In this document: positions 15,358 through 23,987 of the stretch, piece by piece | Numbering within the stretch: position 1 is the stretch's first letter | Layout of the letters: every line of letters starts with the position of its first letter | IMG/VR virus record: IMGVR_UViG_3300048592_000436 | Location: 1 to 52,646 of that record | DNA: 52,646 nucleotides | From: a virus | Lineage: Duplodnaviria; Caudoviricetes | Direction: 5' to 3' (one strand) | Notes under the pieces: generated by a model | Seen by the model: the letters and a program-made list of their open reading frames with translations, nothing else | Database searches by the model: none | What the model was told of the DNA's origin: nothing | Program-made: the position numbers and the translations under genes

Positions 15358-15701
15358 TCCTCCGCTTCCCCCGCCCTTTCAGCCTAAACAACATGCACGC
15401 CAACGTGCCGGGCAAAGGGCGGGTCCGATCTGGCGACTACAGGACATGGTGTCGACATGCGGACGATCTGGCGATGACGCAGAAGCGCCCGCGCTTCATC
15501 GGTCCTGTGGCGCTGCACATTCGTTTGGGGGAAATAGGCGTCCGCGAAACGTTTGACGGAAGCAACGCCATTAAAACGATAGAGGATCGCCTCGTGGCCT
15601 GGGGCGTGATCGAGGACGACAACCGGACAATCGTCAAGCGGTCGACATTCGAGTGGGTGCCCGATCTGGACGGCTGCGAGGTGGAGGTGGTGCCGCTATG
15701 A
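15354..15701 (+). CDS. rusA: RusA-like Holliday junction resolvase
   Basis: PFSLNN...DGSNAIKTIEDRL..GVIEDDN. Confidence 0.8.
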   Translation: MILRFPRPFSLNNMHANVPGKGRVRSGDYRTWCRHADDLAMTQKRPRFIGPVALHIRLGEIGVRETFDGSNAIKTIEDRLVAWGVIEDDNRTIVKRSTFEWVPDLDGCEVEVVPL

Positions 15702-15970
15702 AGCTGCTATGGAACGGCATGGATAACCCATTCGAGAAATGCTTGAACCCGCACTGCTTGAACGCAGTTCGGAGCCGTTTGGGGCCTGACGTGGACCCGT
15801 GGCAATTCTGGCGCGAGGTGCGGGAAATGGTAGAGCGAGGCGATGCCGTCGACTGTGATACGCGCGTGCGGGGGCGCAAGCGGAGCATCTATCGCGTCGC
15901 GTGGGGCGGCAGTGCGTGGCGCGTAGTTCTTGCGGACAATGGGACGCCCGTCACTGTCATGTCGCTGTGA
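15698..15970 (+). CDS. Hypothetical protein
   Basis: ATGA-coupled; GGAGG RBS. Confidence 0.7.
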   Translation: MKLLWNGMDNPFEKCLNPHCLNAVRSRLGPDVDPWQFWREVREMVERGDAVDCDTRVRGRKRSIYRVAWGGSAWRVVLADNGTPVTVMSL

Positions 15971-15973
15971 CCG

Positions 15974-16040
15974 TTGCCCGCCCCGTCATTCTCGGCTAGG
16001 GTAGGGCGGCGGGGAGCGAACTGCAATCGCTCAACCCGCC
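15974..16040 (+). promoter_or_regulatory. Promoter TTGCCC-N17-TAGGGT followed by a leader hairpin
   Basis: GGCGGGGAGCGA-ACTGCAA-TCGCTCAACCCGCC upstream of the replication gene. Confidence 0.55.
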
Positions 16041-16113
16041 AGAGCAGCGAAAGAGGAGTTCGCCACATGCCGCATGACTACCACGGTTTGAACCGTTCGC
16101 GCAAGAGGCGCGA

Positions 16114-16614
16114 ATGAAATTTGATGACAGCCAAGAGGCCGCATTCAGGCGGCTCGTTCGATCGGCAATTCGCAAGGGTCCATTCACCAAAGGCCAGCGC
16201 GATGTGACGTTAGCCTTAGTGGATCATTGGTTCCACCATAAGGGCGGGCCAAAGCCGTATATCCACCCAGGGCGCGCCAAGCTGGCCAAGAGGGCCGGGG
16301 TCACTGTCAAAACCGTTTCCCGATGCCTCGGAATGCTTCGTGCTTGTGGGGCGATAACGTCAATTGGCGCCCTCAACGGCAACCGTTACAAGGCGACGGA
16401 ATACAGGATTAACATAGGCGCTGTCTTGTCCCTTTGCGGCTGCGATTGGCTCGACCAAGTGACGCGAAATGTCCCGTCTAGAAATCCAGAAATGTCCCAT
16501 CTATGGCGGGACAAAATGTCCCACCGTCTTAATGACGTAAGACCCGACCTTCACCAGCGTCGGAAAGAACCATCGCCAAGAAAGGAAAACGAAGGGGGCG
16601 AAGGCGATGCTTGA
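16114..16614 (+). CDS. Winged-HTH replication initiator-like protein
   Basis: HPGRAKLAKRAGVTVKTVSRCLGML HTH; internal iterons; precedes helicase and primase. Confidence 0.75.
   Translation: MKFDDSQEAAFRRLVRSAIRKGPFTKGQRDVTLALVDHWFHHKGGPKPYIHPGRAKLAKRAGVTVKTVSRCLGMLRACGAITSIGALNGNRYKATEYRINIGAVLSLCGCDWLDQVTRNVPSRNPEMSHLWRDKMSHRLNDVRPDLHQRRKEPSPRKENEGGEGDA
16467..16522. repeat. Iteron cluster / putative replication origin
   Basis: AAATGTCCC at 16467, 16490 and 16514, plus inverted GGGACA at 16508. Confidence 0.7.
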
Positions 16615-19099
16615 TCGGGTCCGGAGGAAGGAGCTTAGACCGCATCAGGTCAAGGCTATCGAGATGATCCGTCAATCCATTGGCAAGGGCAATAGGCGCG
16701 TGGTCTGCGGAATGCCGACAGGCGCGGGAAAGTGCCTAGGGCTTGGAACGCCCGTGATCTTGGCGAACGGTGAAATTGTACCCGTGCAGGATGTCAAGGT
16801 CGGAGACCGGCTTGCGTCGCCAACCGGGGAGCCTGTGACGGTCCTATCGTTGGCAAGGGGGAGAGAGGCGATGTTTCGCGTGACCCCGGTGAAGGGCGAC
16901 CCGTGGACCTGCAATGCGTCCCATCTGCTTTCGTTGAAGGCGACCGGCGTCGGCCGTGGAAGGACGTTCTTTTCTGATGGGCAGTTCTTCAGCGGAAATA
17001 AGGGAGAAACCATCACGATCCGGGCGGATGCACTCTACGCGAGCAACAAGACTGCAAAGCATGTTGCGAAGCAGTGGCGCCCGCAGGCCGTGAAATTCGA
17101 CAGCGTCGGGGAATTGGAATTGCCACCGTACATTCTCGGCGTTTGGCTAGGCGACGGCACGGCAACCGGACCGAGCATGAGCAAGCCAGATGGGCAGGTT
17201 TCGCAAGCGTGGGTGGAATACTGCGGGAGCCTGGGGTGTCATACAAGGGTTTCTTACGGATCGACAGGCTGCCCGACGTGGCACGCTGCGACGGCGGCGG
17301 GGCTTGCGAACCCGGTCCTAGACAAGTTGCGCAGCGTTGGAGTTCTACGAAATCGCCACATCCCGGTTACTTACAAGACATCTTCGATCAAGGACAGGCT
17401 TGCGCTTTTGGCCGGGCTTTTTGACACGGACGGGCATCAGTCGCAAAATGGGGTTGATTTCATCAGCAAGTCGGAAACCCTCGCCCGCGACGTTGCCTTT
17501 GTATGCCGGTCTGTCGGTTTGGCCGCTTACGTTCGAAAGTGCCGGAAGGGCATAGCTTCCACGGGCTTTTCGGCAGATTACTGGCGGGTTTACGTCAGTG
17601 GTGATTGCGAGAGGGTGCCTTGCAAGCGGCTGCAATTCAGGCCACGCCGTCAGATCAAGGATCACCTGGTGACAGGGTTCCGGATAGAACCGATCGGGGA
17701 AGGGGATTATTTCGGGTTTGAGTTGACGGGCGATCGGCTGTTTATGCTTGGCGATTTCACGGTGACGCATAACACCGTAACAGCGGCGAAGTTGATCGAA
17801 GGCGCCTTGGCCAAGGGAAACCGGGTGATCTTCACCGCGCCCGCGATCAGCCTGATTGACCAGACCGTGACGGCATTCGAGGACGAGGGCATCCACGGCA
17901 TTGGCGTGATGCAGGCGAGCCACCCGAGGACGGACCCGAGCGCGCGTGTTCAGGTGGCATCCCTTCAAACCCTGGCAAGGCGGGACATTCCGAGCGCTGC
18001 GCTGGTGATAGTTGACGAGTGCCACATTCGATCCGAGGTTATCGAAGGCCTGATGGCCGATCGTCCGGACGTGTTCTTCATCGGGCTATCGGCTACGCCA
18101 TGGGCGCGCGGAATGGGGCTGCATTGGCAGGATTTGGTGGTTCCGGTGACGATCTCGGAACTGATCGAGGCGGGGCTGTTGTCGCGGTTCACGGCCTTTG
18201 CGCCGGATGTTCCGGACCTGCGCGGGGTAAAGGTCCGGGGCGGGGATTACGTCGAGGAAGCGCTGGCGAAGGTGATGGGCGAGGCGAAGCTGGTTGGGTC
18301 GGTGGTCGGGACATGGCTGGAACGGGCCGGTGACAGGCCGACGCTTTGCTTTGCCGTCAACCGTGCGCACGCGGCGCAGCTTCAGGCCGAATTTCAGCGA
18401 TGCGGCGTCTCGGCGGCCTATGTGGACGCCATGACGGATCGCGTCGAGCGGCTGCGGATCAACCGGCAATTCCGATCCGGTGACGTGCGGGTGATATGTT
18501 CCGTGCGGACCATGACAACGGGCGTCGACCTGCCGGTGTCGTGCATCGTGGATGCGGCACCGACGAAAAGCGAGATGCTGCACGTTCAGAAGATCGGCCG
18601 CGGCTTGCGGGTCAATCCTGGGTCCGAGGATTGCCTGATCCTGGACCACGCCGGAAACAGCCTGCGCCTCGGCTTGGTTACGGACATAGGCCGCACCGCT
18701 CTGGACTGCACCCCACCGGGCGCGAAGCAGGAACGGAAGGCGGCGGCGGAGAAACTGCCGAAGCCGTGCGCGTCCTGCGGGGGGCTGCACACGGGGGCCA
18801 AGTGCCCGGCCTGCGGGCATGAGCGGAAGCCGGCGCGTATCGAGGCGACAACGGGCGAACTGGTCGAGTTGACCGGGAGGGCGCAGAAATGGGACAAACA
18901 ACTTTTCTGGTCGATGGCCCTGCATGTGGACATGGCGCGGGGAAAGGGCGGGAAACTGGCCAAGGCGCTTTACAAGGGGTGTTTCGGCGTGTGGCCGCGG
19001 GGGCTTGTGGACATTGCCACGCCACCGGATGAGCGGTTCCGGTCATACGAGACCAGCCGCAGAATTGCTTACGCGAAGCGCATGTGTAAGGCGGCCTGA
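16607..19099 (+). CDS. DEAD/DEAH SF2 helicase with C-terminal zinc ribbon; intein-containing
   Basis: MPTGAGK|T, VDECH, GLSATP, QKIGRGLR, CASC...CPACG. Confidence 0.95.
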   Translation: MLDRVRRKELRPHQVKAIEMIRQSIGKGNRRVVCGMPTGAGKCLGLGTPVILANGEIVPVQDVKVGDRLASPTGEPVTVLSLARGREAMFRVTPVKGDPWTCNASHLLSLKATGVGRGRTFFSDGQFFSGNKGETITIRADALYASNKTAKHVAKQWRPQAVKFDSVGELELPPYILGVWLGDGTATGPSMSKPDGQVSQAWVEYCGSLGCHTRVSYGSTGCPTWHAATAAGLANPVLDKLRSVGVLRNRHIPVTYKTSSIKDRLALLAGLFDTDGHQSQNGVDFISKSETLARDVAFVCRSVGLAAYVRKCRKGIASTGFSADYWRVYVSGDCERVPCKRLQFRPRRQIKDHLVTGFRIEPIGEGDYFGFELTGDRLFMLGDFTVTHNTVTAAKLIEGALAKGNRVIFTAPAISLIDQTVTAFEDEGIHGIGVMQASHPRTDPSARVQVASLQTLARRDIPSAALVIVDECHIRSEVIEGLMADRPDVFFIGLSATPWARGMGLHWQDLVVPVTISELIEAGLLSRFTAFAPDVPDLRGVKVRGGDYVEEALAKVMGEAKLVGSVVGTWLERAGDRPTLCFAVNRAHAAQLQAEFQRCGVSAAYVDAMTDRVERLRINRQFRSGDVRVICSVRTMTTGVDLPVSCIVDAAPTKSEMLHVQKIGRGLRVNPGSEDCLILDHAGNSLRLGLVTDIGRTALDCTPPGAKQERKAAAEKLPKPCASCGGLHTGAKCPACGHERKPARIEATTGELVELTGRAQKWDKQLFWSMALHVDMARGKGGKLAKALYKGCFGVWPRGLVDIATPPDERFRSYETSRRIAYAKRMCKAA
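16733..17773 (+). mobile_element. Intein (347 aa) with LAGLIDADG homing endonuclease
   Basis: Starts CLGLGTPV, ends VTHN before Thr; PYILGVWLGDG and LLAGLFDTDG blocks; inserted in Walker A. Confidence 0.95.
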
Positions 19100-20028
19100 T
19101 GTTTCACCAGCGGACCACGGATGCGACAACAGGGAAATGGCGTGGCGTGCTGTTGGAACTTGGCGTTCCTGATGCGGCGCTCAACGGTAAGCATGGGCCG
19201 TGCCCGTTCTGCGGTGGAAAGGATCGGTTCCGGTTTGATAACCGTGAGGGGCGGGGTACATGGATTTGCAATTCTTGCGGCGCTGGCGATGGAATGGAGT
19301 TCGCCACCCGCTTCACTGGGTTGCCTTTCAAGGATGCGGCCTCGCGGATTGATGAGATCATCGGCAACCTGAAGCCCGACACCATCCGGCGCCAGATGAG
19401 CGACGAGGAGGTGAGAGCTGCCATTCGGGAAGTAGCTGCGGCATCGGTCCCGATTACGCCGGGCGACCCGGTAGACCGCTATCTGACGAGCCGGGGGCTT
19501 AGGGATAGCCTTTACCCGTCGAGCCTGCGCTATGCCGCCGCTATCCGTGACGGCGAGGGCGGGGTAAGGCCGGCAATGATCGCCTCGGTAAAGGATGCGG
19601 ACGGCAAGTCCGTGACGCTGCACCGCACGTTCCTGGACCCTAGCGGGCGCAAGGCCGAAATGGCGTCGCCCCGCAAGATGATGCCCGGCACGGTGCCGGA
19701 GGGCGCATGTGTGAGGCTATGCGACGGGCACCCTGGCAGCGTGCTCGGCATCGCCGAGGGCATCGAGACGGCGCTTGCCGCATCGCGGCTTTTTGAAATC
19801 CCGGTATGGTCCGCGATCAGTTCCAGCCTGTTGACGAAATGGCAACCGCCTGAAGGCGTCGAGGAGGTGGTGATCTTCGCGGATAGCGACCCGAAGTTCG
19901 GCGGCCAGGCGGCGGCATATCATCTGGCCTATCGGCTGGCGCGAACGCTGCAAGTCTCGGTGAAGATGCCCCCGCGGGAGGGGATGGATTTTGCCGACGT
20001 GTTGTTTGAAACGGCTTGTTCGCCGTAA
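19099..20028 (+). CDS. Zinc-finger/Toprim DNA primase
   Basis: HGPCPFCGGKDRFRFD...WICNSCG; GIAEGIETALA; IFADSD. Confidence 0.92.
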   Translation: MFHQRTTDATTGKWRGVLLELGVPDAALNGKHGPCPFCGGKDRFRFDNREGRGTWICNSCGAGDGMEFATRFTGLPFKDAASRIDEIIGNLKPDTIRRQMSDEEVRAAIREVAAASVPITPGDPVDRYLTSRGLRDSLYPSSLRYAAAIRDGEGGVRPAMIASVKDADGKSVTLHRTFLDPSGRKAEMASPRKMMPGTVPEGACVRLCDGHPGSVLGIAEGIETALAASRLFEIPVWSAISSSLLTKWQPPEGVEEVVIFADSDPKFGGQAAAYHLAYRLARTLQVSVKMPPREGMDFADVLFETACSP

Positions 20029-20044
20029 CGAAACGCGCTATGCT
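20016..20044 (+). promoter_or_regulatory. Promoter TTGTTC-N17-TATGCT
   Basis: Correct spacing; AAGGGGAGAGG RBS downstream. Confidence 0.55.
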
Positions 20045-20075
20045 GACGGTCTATCGGAAGGGGAGAGGCTTTGCG

Positions 20076-20252
20076 ATGTTGGAGCTAGCCGAGGCCAGAA
20101 TGGCGGAGCGGGACGCTGAGGCAGAACGGATTTACGACGCCGTAGCCGGGAGGGCCGTGGATCGGGAATACGAAAATCTCCGGCGGAAAAATTCGGTGCT
20201 AGCTATAGGCCGGAGACGTGAATCAGCGGCCCGCCGTGTGATTTGGTGCTGA
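20076..20252 (+). CDS. Hypothetical protein
   Basis: RBS plus promoter. Confidence 0.6.
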   Translation: MLELAEARMAERDAEAERIYDAVAGRAVDREYENLRRKNSVLAIGRRRESAARRVIWC

Positions 20253-20253
20253 C

Positions 20254-20466
20254 ATGACCCCCGCCGAACGCATGGCCCGTCTTCGCAAGCTCCGCCCCCT
20301 CGGATACGTGTCCGTTTCCCTCGGCTCTGGCCATCGCGCGGATACTGGTTGGGTTCCCACCGCCTTCGCAGACCGCATCCGCCGTGAGATCGCGGAACAC
20401 CGTGCAAGCGTAGACGCGGCACTGGCGCAAGGGCCGGTGAAGCAGTCCGAGGGGTGGGAAGGATGA
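20254..20466 (+). CDS. Small putative DNA-binding protein (ribbon-helix-like)
   Basis: MTPAERMARLR...GYVSV...GWVP pattern. Confidence 0.55.
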   Translation: MTPAERMARLRKLRPLGYVSVSLGSGHRADTGWVPTAFADRIRREIAEHRASVDAALAQGPVKQSEGWEG

Positions 20467-20708
20467 CCATGCATCAGCCGGTACCCGCCACAGAGCGCAG
20501 CCACAAGGCCCCGTGCCTGCGGATCGGCTACATCGCCCGGCCTTGTGACTCGTGACCGTCGACGGTGAAACCCTCACAGATGACGAGAGCCTCGTTGAAT
20601 ACCTGCCGAAGTCGTTCATGTGCCAGCGCGCGGCAGAGGAAGCCCTGATCGCCGCCCGCTTTGCCGAGGCGGACCTGCACCGGATCATGATGGGGGGGCG
20701 GGGGTGAC

Positions 20709-21239
20709 ATGGTGCTACGCCCCCGGAACGGACTCTCCCTCTGCGCAGGAGGTGGTGGCCTCGATATGGGCCTCATGCTTGCCGAGCCCGGCTTCCACAG
20801 CCGCGCCTTCGTCGAGTGGGAGGAATACCCCCGCAGCGTCCTCATCGCCGCCCAGCGGGCCGGATACTTCGCCCCTGCCCCGATCTGGGACGATCTCACC
20901 AGCTTCGACGCCAGCCCCCTCGCCGGGGCCATCGACACCCTGCTCGCCGGATACCCCTGCCAGCCGTTCAGCATGGCGGGACAGCGGCGCGGAGAGGATG
21001 ACGAGCGGCACCTCTGGCCCCACGTCGCCCGTGTCGCCCGCGAGCTCGGCGACGGGCTGCGCTGGATCTTCCTCGAAAACGTCGCCGGTCACGTCATGCA
21101 GCACCCGAAGGTCAAGACGTGTTCGGTTTGCGGGGAGACCTTCACTCCACACCCCGACACGAGGTCGCGCGTCAAGACGTGTTCGAAGGTGTGTCGGTAT
21201 CAGTCTCAGGCGCAGGCGATGCGCGCAAGGCATTCTTGA
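20709..21239 (+). pseudogene. Truncated C5-cytosine methyltransferase fused to a zinc-finger segment
   Basis: Motifs I (SLCAGGGG), IV (GYPCQPFS) and VI (FLENV) present; motifs VIII-X and TRD absent; ends KTCSVCGETF...KTCSKVC. Confidence 0.75.
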
Positions 21240-21404
21240 TATGGCAGCAGGACATGCGTGGCGCTCTCTCGCGGCTGCCCACGGCCTATGCCCCCTGGAT
21301 ATGGCAGGAGCCGGCGACTATCGCGCAACCGGAGCAGGCGGCGCTGGACCTGCGATGCACGGCGGACGGATAGATCGCATGGAATGCAAGCAGGGAGAGG
21401 GCGC

Positions 21405-21566
21405 ATGACTTGGAGAACGATAGCCGTCGATTGCGTGCACATGGCGCTGTTGGCCTTCGCTTGGTACATGGCCTTCTTCGTTCTGGGCGACCTGTTCGGA
21501 CTGACGTGGGCGTATACAATCGCGGCGGCGTGGATCGCATCGGCAAAAGTGGGAGAGGGCGCATGA
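21405..21566 (+). CDS. Small membrane protein
   Basis: Two hydrophobic segments; GGGAGAGGG RBS. Confidence 0.65.
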   Translation: MTWRTIAVDCVHMALLAFAWYMAFFVLGDLFGLTWAYTIAAAWIASAKVGEGA

Positions 21567-22165
21567 AGACCACCGAATATCTCAGAGGATACGAGGATGC
21601 GACGCGAGCGGCGGCGGAAACCGCGAGGGGCTGGGATGAAGAGGTCGTCGCCCGGTCGATCGAGTTGGAGGCCAAGAAGCACGTCGCGACCCTGACCGCC
21701 GAGATCGAAGCCCGCGCCGAAGCCACGCGGGAAATGTCACGGCTAGGGCAGGAGTGCGATGGCGCGATCGTTCGAGAGGCTGGGCGCGATTGGTCAGCCG
21801 AGCCTGTGTGGAGCCGCAACATCAGCATCAATGACCCGTTGCCGCAAAGCGCAGGCGGGACGTGGAAGGCCTTGTCTGAATTCGAGGTGATCCCGGACGG
21901 CCCGGTCTTGCTCTACTTCGGCGCCCGCCAATGGCGGACGGCGGATGGGGCCGCGGCACAACTGGACACGGTCAGGGATTATGTGGAGCGCGCCGGGGCG
22001 GCCTTCGCGGAAGCCGGCGACATCTTCGAGGCCGGCACCGCGCATAGTGTGTGGGAAGACTGGCGTTTCCCTTGCAACGTGCCAACGCATTGGATGCCGA
22101 TGCCGGCGGCCCCTGAAAATGCCAAGTGGACCGCTACCGACAGCGGCGCGGAGGGTGGGCTATGA
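21563..22165 (+). CDS. Hypothetical protein with DUF551-like C-terminus
   Basis: PTHWMPMPAAP motif. Confidence 0.75.
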   Translation: MKTTEYLRGYEDATRAAAETARGWDEEVVARSIELEAKKHVATLTAEIEARAEATREMSRLGQECDGAIVREAGRDWSAEPVWSRNISINDPLPQSAGGTWKALSEFEVIPDGPVLLYFGARQWRTADGAAAQLDTVRDYVERAGAAFAEAGDIFEAGTAHSVWEDWRFPCNVPTHWMPMPAAPENAKWTATDSGAEGGL

Positions 22166-22533
22166 AGCCTCTCGGACACAAGGCATATGGGTCAATCCCG
22201 CACCTGCCAATGTCTCGGCTGGGACCGGGTGATTATCACTGCCACGAGGGCCAGGCGCGGATCGCGACCGAAACTCTGCGGGACAGGCACGATCGGGTCA
22301 TTGTCACCGAGAAACTCGACGGCTCGAATGTAGCGGTTGCGAACGTCGGCGGCGAGATTTTTCCGCTCACGCGCGCAGCGATCGACCCGGTAGAGGGCGC
22401 GGTGTGGCGCGTAGAGAGGCGCGGCAAGTTCGATTTCATGGCGAAGTTCGTCCGGCACGACAAGTCGGATGGCAAGTACCTCGCCAGCGTGACGGGCGGC
22501 GATCCGGTTCCTCTGGCGGTGGTGTGGAAATAA
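22162..22533 (+). pseudogene. Internally deleted RNA-ligase-family protein
   Basis: Motif I TEKLDGSN and C-terminal VEGAVWR...AKFVR retained in only 123 aa; central motifs missing. Confidence 0.65.
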
Positions 22534-22537
22534 AACG

Positions 22538-23050
22538 ATGCCTAAAGCTCGCCGCCGCCCCGCCCCTCTTCCACCGCTGATGCCCCCTACGCCACAAGCG
22601 GCGGCCAAGGGCGCATACGAGGTGACGCGCCTGGAAAAGAACGGCGACCGCATCGCCATCAACGCCCATGTCTCGCCCCTCCGCTATCTGGCCGGGAAAA
22701 AGACCATCACACAATGGGAACGCGAGGCGGGCGAGCATTTCGAGGCAGCGCACAGGCTGGCGTGGGGCGGCGGTGGAACAAATGTCATAGCCAAGATGAT
22801 GGTGCTCGGCGTAGGCGGCATTCGCGGCGGCGGCATAGACGAGGGCCTGCACGTCAAGCAGTGGGCGGAGGGCAGGATTGACCAGATACGCCAGCTTGCG
22901 GGCTTCTCGGCTTATTCCATCCTTCTGGACGTAGCCGTCCACCAGCTATCATTCGGGCGCGGGCGTGGCAAACGGGCGTTGTCCAACCTGGAGCTACTGC
23001 GGGCGGGGCTTGGCGCGGCGGCGGACGTGTTCGGGGTTGAGCGGCGGTAA
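22538..23050 (+). CDS. Putative late transcription regulator / antiterminator (DUF6456-like)
   Basis: PLRYLAGKKTITQWEREAGEHF...LRAGLGAAADVFG; located before the late promoter. Confidence 0.65.
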   Translation: MPKARRRPAPLPPLMPPTPQAAAKGAYEVTRLEKNGDRIAINAHVSPLRYLAGKKTITQWEREAGEHFEAAHRLAWGGGGTNVIAKMMVLGVGGIRGGGIDEGLHVKQWAEGRIDQIRQLAGFSAYSILLDVAVHQLSFGRGRGKRALSNLELLRAGLGAAADVFGVERR

Positions 23051-23057
23051 AATAATT

Positions 23058-23135
23058 CCGCACAATGCCGGAAAACCCCCTTGCATGTGCGGCAGGTGCC
23101 GGATATATATAGGGCATCAGCAAGGGAGACGACAG
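23058..23135 (+). promoter_or_regulatory. Cassette promoter TTGCAT-N17-TATATA with GCAAGGGAGAC leader
   Basis: Inverted CCGCACA/TGTGCGG and two TGCCGGA repeats around -35; leader matches the left-arm cassettes. Confidence 0.75.
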
Positions 23136-23378
23136 ATGAGCGCAGCAACAGAAGCAATGGTGGCGGAAATGGCCGAAATCGTTCGCGCCGAGGGCATACT
23201 GTACCCGGCATTCCTTCAGCCCCGTCGCGGCGGGATCAGCGCGACGGTATCGGCAGCGGTTCGGATCGCCAAGAAGCGCGGCTTGATCGTCGAAGGCGGC
23301 AAGGACGGCTGGGGGAAACGGTACTACGTGGCGCCAGTCCCGCCCGCGACGCACCCGGCGCCCGGCAACATCAACTGA
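23136..23378 (+). CDS. Hypothetical cassette gene (winged-helix-like)
   Basis: Strong RBS; VSAAVRIAKKRGLIV. Confidence 0.75.
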   Translation: MSAATEAMVAEMAEIVRAEGILYPAFLQPRRGGISATVSAAVRIAKKRGLIVEGGKDGWGKRYYVAPVPPATHPAPGNIN

Positions 23379-23402
23379 AGGCGGCGGCCTAACGGCCCCG
23401 CC
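23379..23402 (+). repeat. 24-bp hairpin element (copy 2)
   Basis: Identical to the reverse complement of 5051-5074. Confidence 0.9.
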
Positions 23403-23422
23403 CATACAGAGGGAGAGACGAG

Positions 23423-23656
23423 ATGAATATCGACTTTGAATCCGCCGCCCGAAAGGCCCTGCCAGACATGGCCGATGGCGATTACTACATGCGGTTCACC
23501 GGCTACTGCCATGACCTGATCTGTACGCACGACACCAAGGCGGAGGCGGAGAGGCAGGCGCAGGCAACGCACAGCCAGACCGGCGAACGCACGGCCGCGG
23601 GGCCCTACTACAGCAACGGAAAATGGACGTGGGCGTCCGTATCCGTCGCGCCGTGA
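23423..23656 (+). CDS. Hypothetical cassette gene
   Basis: AGGGAGAGACGAG-ATG leader. Confidence 0.75.
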   Translation: MNIDFESAARKALPDMADGDYYMRFTGYCHDLICTHDTKAEAERQAQATHSQTGERTAAGPYYSNGKWTWASVSVAP

Positions 23657-23841
23657 CCACCCCCCCATCCACCCGCGCCGAACGTCTCACAAAGGCCGGC
23701 TTCGTCTGGATTGAAGGCTGGGTCCGCGAAGCCGACGCCCCCGCATTTCAGCGCGCAATCGCCAAGTGCCTGCCGCGTGTCGAGGAACTGGCTGCGCAGC
23801 CCCGAAAGCGAGGGGCGCCGAGAAGGGGAGAACGGAAGTGA
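23653..23841 (+). CDS. Small putative DNA-binding protein (DUF3018-like)
   Basis: RAERLTKAGFVWIEGWV; GTGA coupling. Confidence 0.55.
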   Translation: MTTPPSTRAERLTKAGFVWIEGWVREADAPAFQRAIAKCLPRVEELAAQPRKRGAPRRGERK

Positions 23842-23866
23842 CGGAAGGGAGCACGCAAATACCCCC

Positions 23867-23895
23867 TTGACGACTTGCCGCTTGCTCGCTAACCT
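23867..23895 (+). promoter_or_regulatory. Late promoter TTGACG-N17-TAACCT
   Basis: Upstream of terS. Confidence 0.7.
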
Positions 23896-23916
23896 TTCGG
23901 CAAGATGAAGTGTTGC

Positions 23917-23946
23917 GCCCGGGGGGAACCTCGGGCTTTGTTGTTT
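23917..23946 (+). terminator. Intrinsic terminator in the late leader (tR'-like)
   Basis: GCCCGGGG-GGAA-CCTCGGGC followed by TTTGTTGTTT. Confidence 0.65.
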
Positions 23947-23987
23947 CCGGGCAGTGAAAAAGTTTCACCACATTCAGGATCGGGGAT

